From positions 768,001 to 832,000 of the forward strand of contig OZ257142.1 of the NCBI GenBank assembly GCA_965279035.1: a DNA stretch of 64,000 nt. The letters are read 5' to 3'. The translations under genes and the position numbers were made by a program. Every line of letters starts with the position of its first letter. The first letter of the stretch is position 1. The notes under the pieces were generated by a model that saw only the letters and a program-made list of their open reading frames with translations, searched no databases and was not told the DNA's origin. The DNA comes from Bacteroidia bacterium (GTDB lineage Bacteria > Bacteroidota > Bacteroidia > M30B66). Shown in pieces: positions 57,762-64,000 of the stretch.

Positions 57762-59456
57762 TTAATTAGATGTTGAAATTTTCTGATTTACGATGTTTAA
57801 AATTGCGGCTTCTTGTGCGTTAGCTGAACTTACTATATCGTCGCACATCTTCAGTGTTTGCTGGACAAATGCAGCATCTTCATATCCTGAGCAATTGATT
57901 TTCACATTGAGCCAAGCACCCATCACGGCAGTTCTTGCACATAATGCACCAACACCTGCATCGGATACCGAATTTGGATTTCCATTTTCTGCCATTTGCT
58001 GAATGATAGAAAGTGTAGAAGCAGAGAGTTGCATGACTTTAAAAGGCACTTCAATCGCATACCGAGTTGCCGATTGTATAGCCGATTTACGTATAGCTTT
58101 TTCTTCTGGACTGCTATTGGGCAAACCAAATGCATCCATGATTTTATTGAATGCACGTGTGTCTTCATCCACCATTCGGATGAGTTGTTTCTTTAGTTCT
58201 TCGGCTTGTTCGGCAACATCCGAAAACTCTTTCCAACGGGCATCCCAGCCACGTTTGTGTGAGCTAAGATTAGCCACCATTCCAGCTAAGGCAATTCCCA
58301 ATGCACCAACATAAGCGGAAATTGAACCACCACCAGGAGCTGGAGATTCGGAAGATGTTTCGTCGGCAAATGCTTTCAAACTCATGCTCACCAATTTCTC
58401 ATCAGACTCATCGCGTAAAAGGTATTCGATCACACGTTTTTCAGGTTCGAATGGTCCAAGCTCATCGAGTCCCATTGATTTGACGGCAATTTTGATGAGT
58501 TCCGATTCAGAAACGCCTGTTGAACGTTGTTGCTTTTCGAGAAAATAGCGGCCTGCATCTAAGAGACAACTAAGCGGTAATAATCCAACAAGCTCAGATC
58601 CTGTAACCCGAATTCCTCGTGATTCTGCTTTTTTGCATACTTCGTCGAAAGCAATATGAACCGGTGTAACTCGAATGTTGGTTAGGTTCATGGAGATTTG
58701 GGCAACACCGTATTCTTCGATAAACCAACCAATGGCTTTCACCGACTTAAGGCTTCCCGGGACGTGGACTTGATTTCCTTGTTCGTCTTTTACAATTTTA
58801 CCTGTAACAGGATCACCTTCGCGTAAAACTCGACCACGTTCACGCACGTCGAAGGCGATGGAATTTGCTCTACGAACAGATGTTGTATTGAGGTTGACAT
58901 TGAAAGCAATGAGGAAGTCACGAGCGCCAATTACACTAGCACCAGAGCGTTCATTCATTCTAGCTGGACCAAAATCGGGTTTCCATTCGGGTAGAGAAAT
59001 TTTCTTGAAAAACCCTTCGTATTCGCCCGCACGAATTTCACTGAGATTATTTCGACCGGGAATGATAGAAGCCGATTCGTAGAGATATACTGGAATGTTT
59101 AATTCTTCACCAACGCGTTTTCCCAGTTTGCGTGCGTATTCGGCAGTTTCTTCCATGCTGATGCCGGAAATGGGGATAAGCGGACATACATCGGTTGCGC
59201 CCATTCGTGGATGTTCGCCAGTATGCTTACTCATATCGATCAATTCGGCAGCTTTTTTCATGGCTTGAAATGCTGCTTCGATCACTTTATCGGGTGAGCC
59301 AACAAATGTTACAACAGTCCGATTAGTGGCTTTGCCTGGATCAACATTGAGAAGTCGAACACCTTCGATGGCTTCTATTTCGTCGGTGATTTGTTTGATG
59401 ATGCTTAGATTGTTTCCTTCAGAGAAATTAGGAACACATTCGATGAGTTGTTGCAC
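57762..59456 (-). CDS. ftcD: bifunctional glutamate formimidoyltransferase / formimidoyl-THF cyclodeaminase
   Basis: ECVPNFSEG, HPRMGA.DVCP, IR.GEYEG, QISMNL; C-terminal PAPGGGS, D.D..AF, GNPNS.SD, NV.IN; GTG start. Confidence 0.93.
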   Translation of the reverse strand: MQQLIECVPNFSEGNNLSIIKQITDEIEAIEGVRLLNVDPGKATNRTVVTFVGSPDKVIEAAFQAMKKAAELIDMSKHTGEHPRMGATDVCPLIPISGISMEETAEYARKLGKRVGEELNIPVYLYESASIIPGRNNLSEIRAGEYEGFFKKISLPEWKPDFGPARMNERSGASVIGARDFLIAFNVNLNTTSVRRANSIAFDVRERGRVLREGDPVTGKIVKDEQGNQVHVPGSLKSVKAIGWFIEEYGVAQISMNLTNIRVTPVHIAFDEVCKKAESRGIRVTGSELVGLLPLSCLLDAGRYFLEKQQRSTGVSESELIKIAVKSMGLDELGPFEPEKRVIEYLLRDESDEKLVSMSLKAFADETSSESPAPGGGSISAYVGALGIALAGMVANLSSHKRGWDARWKEFSDVAEQAEELKKQLIRMVDEDTRAFNKIMDAFGLPNSSPEEKAIRKSAIQSATRYAIEVPFKVMQLSASTLSIIQQMAENGNPNSVSDAGVGALCARTAVMGAWLNVKINCSGYEDAAFVQQTLKMCDDIVSSANAQEAAILNIVNQKISTSN

Positions 59457-59464
59457 GGTGGAAT

Positions 59465-59534
59465 AATTACGAAATTTTATTTATTAATTACGAATTACGA
59501 ATTACGAATTACGAATTACGAATTACGAATTTGC
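59465..59534. repeat. heptamer tandem repeat (AATTACG)n
   Basis: Six perfect copies at 59486-59527, one detached copy at 59465-59471, degenerate AATTTGC afterwards. Confidence 0.95.
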
Positions 59535-59615
59535 AATTTAGGAGCAAAAGAACGGTAAAAATGAATAGAATGAGTTTGGTGATTGTAAAAAACGAAAGCT
59601 AGCTTATGGCTTAGA

Positions 59616-59690
59616 GCGGCAACGATTGAAGCCGGCATCCCTGATGAGCGAAGCGAAGAAGGATAAAGGCGTAAAGCGTGTTCGACCGCC
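59616..59690 (+). ncRNA. Flavo-1-like structured intergenic element
   Basis: cGATTGAAGCcGGCATCC..GGATAAAGGCGTAAAGCg resembles the Flavo-1 pattern as I recall it (GATTG.AGCGG.ATCC..GAT..AGCGGAAAGC); closed by GCGG/CCGC. Confidence 0.6.
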
Positions 59691-59699
59691 CAAATCATT

Positions 59700-60602
59700 T
59701 TAAATTTTCTGAAATAATCCTTTAAGAGCGTCGCCTTTTCCAGTGAGTGTAAGGATGCGATTTATTAAGGATTTTGAGAAACCTAATAGAAGATTTTTTT
59801 CGAATCGATTTCGGAGAACCTCATCCTGTGTATTCGCAGAGACAAACTCGGTTCCTTCTGTAGTACTGGCTTGGGGAGGAGCGGGATTTTGACTTGTAAT
59901 AAATCGGGTTATGCTGATGCCTGTTGCTTGGATAAATACTTTGCGCAGGTGATGATCGCGCATAAGTTTATTTAAGGAAGAAGGAGTGTAATAGGATAGA
60001 TGCTCAGGCCAAGAAATTACGTTGTAGCTCGACTTCAAATTATATCGAAGTAGTGAGTTGAAATTGGGTGTTGTAATATAGAGTAGACCGCCTTTTCGGA
60101 GGAGTTTGCTAAAATTAGAAATTTCAGTTCTGGGTGTGTTGATGTGTTCGATGACTTCGAACGAAGTGATCACATCGAAACTTTCGGGTTCAAATGAGCT
60201 TGGATCTAAAACCCCTTTTTTCATTTTAATTCCTTTGGCTTCACAAATTTGAATGGCAGCATCGGTGAATTCGGTGCCATAAACATCCCAACCGCGCGAT
60301 TTAGCAACTTCTAAGAAATAGCCAATTCCGCAGCCTACATCGAGGAGTTTGTTTGTTTTACGAGCACCTTCGAATCGATCAAGAATTTCGTGATAACGCT
60401 TGATGGTGATTGGACTCAAATAGTCATTTCTACCGTAGCCTTTGTAATATTCTTCGAGTTGAGTTTGAGAAGGATTATTGGTTGAAAATACCATTCCGCA
60501 GTTTGAACAACGGGCGAGCCATGCTTTCTCATATCCTGCAATTGGCTTTAATTGATCACTATTACATACAATACACGAATGAATTGTTTGAGTTTGATTC
60601 AT
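59700..60602 (-). CDS. class I SAM-dependent methyltransferase with N-terminal zinc ribbon
   Basis: CIVC..CSNCG, LLDVGCG.G, FDVIT.FEVIEH, TPN, PEHL.YY. Confidence 0.9.
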   Translation of the reverse strand: MNQTQTIHSCIVCNSDQLKPIAGYEKAWLARCSNCGMVFSTNNPSQTQLEEYYKGYGRNDYLSPITIKRYHEILDRFEGARKTNKLLDVGCGIGYFLEVAKSRGWDVYGTEFTDAAIQICEAKGIKMKKGVLDPSSFEPESFDVITSFEVIEHINTPRTEISNFSKLLRKGGLLYITTPNFNSLLRYNLKSSYNVISWPEHLSYYTPSSLNKLMRDHHLRKVFIQATGISITRFITSQNPAPPQASTTEGTEFVSANTQDEVLRNRFEKNLLLGFSKSLINRILTLTGKGDALKGLFQKI

Positions 60603-60867
60603 GCTTTGTTCAAAGTTGAGAAATGGATCAATTCAATTGGAATTTTGAGAGTTAATCTGAATAAGAATGCTAGTATTTAAGGAAAAAATGAAATCCAAGT
60701 ATTCAATTCAAATAGGCAAAAGAAATCTTCCCAAAGCTAAATTTTCCCTTTAGATAATTTGTTAGAATAGCGAGAATGATAAAAAATAATTGAAAGTTAT
60801 CTTTCTATTTCCTCTAAAGAAAAGCGAATGAACACTATGCAAAGGGTAATTTAATGAATGTGAATTT

Positions 60868-62145
60868 CTATTCACGATTTAATACTTCGTTAAAGAACTG
60901 CATATAATTTTCTTTTGCTCGATATTTAGATTTATAGGTTCTATAAGCATTTTGAGCAAATAGATTGTATTCGATTTGTTCCATTTCGGCCCAACGAATT
61001 AAGCAAGAAGAAAGAATGTCTGCATCGGCATTAGCAGGTAACAAACTACCATTGAATTCATCTTCCACAATCTCAGAAACACCTCCAACATTAACCGAAA
61101 TAACTGGCATGCCATGTCCCATCGCCTCCATCATTGAAACTGGAATTCCTTCAGATTCGCTAGTACAAAGTAAAATATCAGCTTCTCGGTTTTGGAGAAA
61201 ATTGTAAATAAATTCTTTCGATTTATCTCCTAAAAACTGATAGGAAATATTTGGTTTATTTTGAATGATTTCAGCAGCTAAATTTTCGATTGAATTGTCG
61301 TTAGATGAAGAGGAGCCAATATGGATCCATTCAATTTCATGATGATTTATTTTTGAGATTGCCTGAACGATTCGATCAATTCGTTTGACGGGACGGATGA
61401 AAGCGATTGATAAAATTCGTAATCGATTCTTTGTTTTTACTCCCATGTTTGGTTCGGAAATTTCATCAATTCCGAGATGGTAACAGTTGATTTTTTCTGT
61501 TGGAATGCCATTGAGTTTCGCTCTCAAATGAATTACTCCAGATTCGGAAATCGGATTTGTACTATCGAGAATAGAAATAGTCCATGGCCTTAATGGAAGA
61601 TAGTTTCCAGGGCTTACATAGTAAAAGCAATCCCATCCATGTGCTCTTGTAACGGCTCTTAGATTTGGATATTTATTTCGCAAGATTGCCATTCCAGAAG
61701 CAAAATAACTGAACCAATAACTGTAAAGGACGACCTGTTCTTTGGGATGATTATGAAGTTTGAATAATCGTTCCATTTCAATTGCAAATGCACTTGCTTT
61801 CGCTTGAAATCCTAAAAGTGTTTTGATATGAAATGCATCATTCTTTTGATTGTAATTGGATTTGATGAAAGCTCTTTCTTGTCTCCATGCTTTGCTAAAC
61901 CAGCAAAAGAGGGAAGTTAATTTCTCGAATTTATTTGGACTGCAATTAAGTTCGATTAGTTCGGCATTGTTGGGAACAAATGAACGAATTGTCTTTTCGG
62001 AACGGGTATTTCTTTCAGGTAATATGAGGTATATTTTTTCGAATTGATTCGCAATAATCTTTAATTCATCTTGTAAAAAAGGTTCCGCAAACCCATATGG
62101 ATAGTGCGTTACAATGAGGTAAAGAAAAGGTCGTTTGCTTTTCAT
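60868..62145 (-). CDS. GT4 family glycosyltransferase
   Basis: YSYW, RAHGWD, S.SEGIPVSMMEAM..G.PVI...VGG..EIV. Confidence 0.9.
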   Translation of the reverse strand: MKSKRPFLYLIVTHYPYGFAEPFLQDELKIIANQFEKIYLILPERNTRSEKTIRSFVPNNAELIELNCSPNKFEKLTSLFCWFSKAWRQERAFIKSNYNQKNDAFHIKTLLGFQAKASAFAIEMERLFKLHNHPKEQVVLYSYWFSYFASGMAILRNKYPNLRAVTRAHGWDCFYYVSPGNYLPLRPWTISILDSTNPISESGVIHLRAKLNGIPTEKINCYHLGIDEISEPNMGVKTKNRLRILSIAFIRPVKRIDRIVQAISKINHHEIEWIHIGSSSSNDNSIENLAAEIIQNKPNISYQFLGDKSKEFIYNFLQNREADILLCTSESEGIPVSMMEAMGHGMPVISVNVGGVSEIVEDEFNGSLLPANADADILSSCLIRWAEMEQIEYNLFAQNAYRTYKSKYRAKENYMQFFNEVLNRE

Positions 62146-62219
62146 TGGCTGCTAAAATAGCGTTTAAAATCAACCCAATAGGAAAGCGAACGATTGATAA
62201 TTTAAATCAGAAAAAACAT

Positions 62220-63362
62220 TTAGCGTTTATATATTTCCAATAATCGATCGGTATAATGATCAATATCGTATTGTTTAGAAAATTCAAGGGCAAATTTCCC
62301 CATTCGTTCGCGTTCTAAAGGATTTTCGATGAAGTAGATAATCTTCTCAGCAAAATCTTCGGCAGATGCATTATTGGGAAGCATAAATCCATTTTCCCCT
62401 TCTTTCATGAGTTCTCTATTTCCAAATCCATCCAATGAAACAACGGGCAAACCCGAAGCCATTGCTTCAAGGATTACAAGTCCAAAAGGTTCGTATAATG
62501 CGGGATGAACATATAAATGAGCATGTTTTAATCGTTCTGGTACATCGCCTACGCTACCTAAAAAACGCAAATGATTTTCAAGTCCTTTTTCTTTCGTTTC
62601 TTTTGTGAGTGAATCCATTAAAACTCCTGCTCCTAAAACATCTATTGTGACAGGATATCCTTTCTTAATTAGAATTTCTACTACGGGAATTAAAAAAGCA
62701 TGATTTTTTTTAGGAACTAAATTCGCGATTGAAACAATATGGAATGGTTCATTCACAGTAGAATACGATCGATCCGTATGAAATCGGCTAGTATTAATGG
62801 CATTGGGGACAAGGTGAATATTCTTTTTGAAATCGGGTAAATTCTCTGTTAAATACTGCTTTACATCTTCAGAAATGGCAATAAAATGATTATTACAAAT
62901 TTGGTATTTCTGCTTTAACCACACCCGTTCCCAATAGTTTGCAAGGATTGATTTGTTGAAGAAGGTTTTAATTGAGCCTTTTTTTAATTGAGGCATATTA
63001 TCGTGCCCGTGGGAGAAATACTTAATTCCTTTTATTATTTCTGATCGTGAAAGGATTTCAGAAAGATAAAGATGAGAATGAATAATATCAGGTTTAAACT
63101 CATTCACATAGGAGATAAAAGCATTATTGTTTATCGTGGGTTTTCGAAGGAATTTAAAATGAACATCACCACCAATAATGCTCAATGGAACTTCGTTCAA
63201 AAGCGATTCTTTATCTGGATAATTTGGCCAAGTAAAATGATGTGGAAATAGACATACTATATGTACTACATGACCTTTTTTGACGAGGTCTTTAGCGATT
63301 GAACCAAGCAGAATTTCGGCACCACCGCATCCCATTGTTGGAATTACATAAAGAATCTTCAT
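62220..63362 (-). CDS. GT4 family glycosyltransferase
   Basis: GGAE, PDIIHSH, PNAI, KNH, EPFGLVILEAMASGLPVV; start set at MKILYV. Confidence 0.92.
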   Translation of the reverse strand: MKILYVIPTMGCGGAEILLGSIAKDLVKKGHVVHIVCLFPHHFTWPNYPDKESLLNEVPLSIIGGDVHFKFLRKPTINNNAFISYVNEFKPDIIHSHLYLSEILSRSEIIKGIKYFSHGHDNMPQLKKGSIKTFFNKSILANYWERVWLKQKYQICNNHFIAISEDVKQYLTENLPDFKKNIHLVPNAINTSRFHTDRSYSTVNEPFHIVSIANLVPKKNHAFLIPVVEILIKKGYPVTIDVLGAGVLMDSLTKETKEKGLENHLRFLGSVGDVPERLKHAHLYVHPALYEPFGLVILEAMASGLPVVSLDGFGNRELMKEGENGFMLPNNASAEDFAEKIIYFIENPLERERMGKFALEFSKQYDIDHYTDRLLEIYKR

Positions 63363-63514
63363 ACTAAAACCCTTATTCAATATATAGGTGAGGCAAAGTT
63401 AAATGATACAGAACAAACTTTATTTATCGTATTAGAAAAATTGTTCAATGTAGTATTGTCTCAAAGAATCAAAAAATGATTTTTGAAATTCAATTGAAAC
63501 TAATTAATTGAGAT

Positions 63515-64000
63515 TTAAAGAATTGACATGATTTGATTCGCACAAGAATCACAGGTATATACTCCTGATCGATCATGAATTCTATTATCAGCAACATCTT
63601 CGGAAAAATTATAGACTACGGCTGTTTGATAAAGAAAACCTAATTTTTCTGCCGAATCGATGGTTTCTCTGGTATATGATCCATCTGGATAGCCAATAGA
63701 AACAATCTTCTTTTGAATTACATTTTCCAGGTAAATTTTCGAATCAGAGATTTCCTTATATGCTTTGTCTTGAGTTATTGTTCCCAGATTATTATGTAAA
63801 AATCCATGTGATCCAATTTCGAGATACTTGGATTCGCTGCATTTGAGGATTTCTTTATCCGTCATTAATTTCCAATAATCATCATAACTAACATCCGTTT
63901 TGAAATCATATAATGACTTAAAAGAATCCATCATTTTAAGTTTATAATCGGTATTAGCATTTTCGTCTTTAATAATCGAATATAAATTCTTTCCTGAGTC
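63515..64000 (-). CDS. polysaccharide deacetylase (CE4/NodB) C-terminal part; 5' end lies outside the window
   Basis: EIGSHG..H, YPDG.Y; the frame stays open to position 64000 (DSGKNLYSIIKDENANTDYKLKMMD). Confidence 0.85.
   Translation of the reverse strand, partial: DSGKNLYSIIKDENANTDYKLKMMDSFKSLYDFKTDVSYDDYWKLMTDKEILKCSESKYLEIGSHGFLHNNLGTITQDKAYKEISDSKIYLENVIQKKIVSIGYPDGSYTRETIDSAEKLGFLYQTAVVYNFSEDVADNRIHDRSGVYTCDSCANQIMSIL

Noticed and set aside
59486-59527. CRISPR array
   Set aside because: 7-nt units with no spacers and no cas genes; a simple tandem repeat.
59636-59670. Hammerhead ribozyme (CTGATGA-GC.GAA.GC-GAA core-like sequence)
   Set aside because: GAAG instead of GAAA, and the only available helix (ATCC/GGAT) closes directly onto the core, leaving no stem I or NUH cleavage site. 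A Flavo-1-like hairpin explains it better.
59516-59698. 60-aa ORF on the minus strand
   Set aside because: It spans the structured element and promoter region and ends in the repeat; no protein-like features.
60603-60867. Pseudogene or sRNA in the 265-nt gap
   Set aside because: AT-rich, with no convincing ORF remnant, hairpin or repeat visible by eye.

Overview
Mostly core chromosome of a Bacteroidota bacterium, probably free-living; there are many TAnnTTTG -7 promoter elements and T9SS C-terminal sorting domains. In order: the start of a probable XRE-type HTH gene cut by the window edge; esterase and pdxJ; the envelope locus CBS-nadK-two DUF6089/PorG-like genes-uppS-bamA-two skp-murI; an M16 peptidase; a cobalamin-riboswitch-controlled B12 uptake operon; hutH, hisS, uvrA divergent from an ECF sigma; a GT-C transferase; a 516-aa orphan behind dnaG; polyprenyl synthase, bacilliredoxin, gatC and a hydrolase; the dcw cluster (mraZ to ftsZ plus yqeY); a membrane patatin-like lipase; a 1640-aa SprB-like T9SS type-B adhesin; bifunctional ftcD; a heptamer repeat array and a Flavo-1-like structured element; and the end of a polysaccharide locus. 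I saw no tRNA, rRNA, CRISPR, transposase or phage gene. The best candidate for an undescribed system is the B12 operon: two putative B12-binding proteins (DUF4465/BtuJ-like and BtuH-like) carry T9SS type-A tails instead of lipoprotein anchors, there is no btuFCD, and an unknown 4-TM+TPR gene ends the operon. The second best is a strong Shine-Dalgarno buried in a hairpin in the ECF sigma leader. All family calls come from motifs read by eye, not from database searches.
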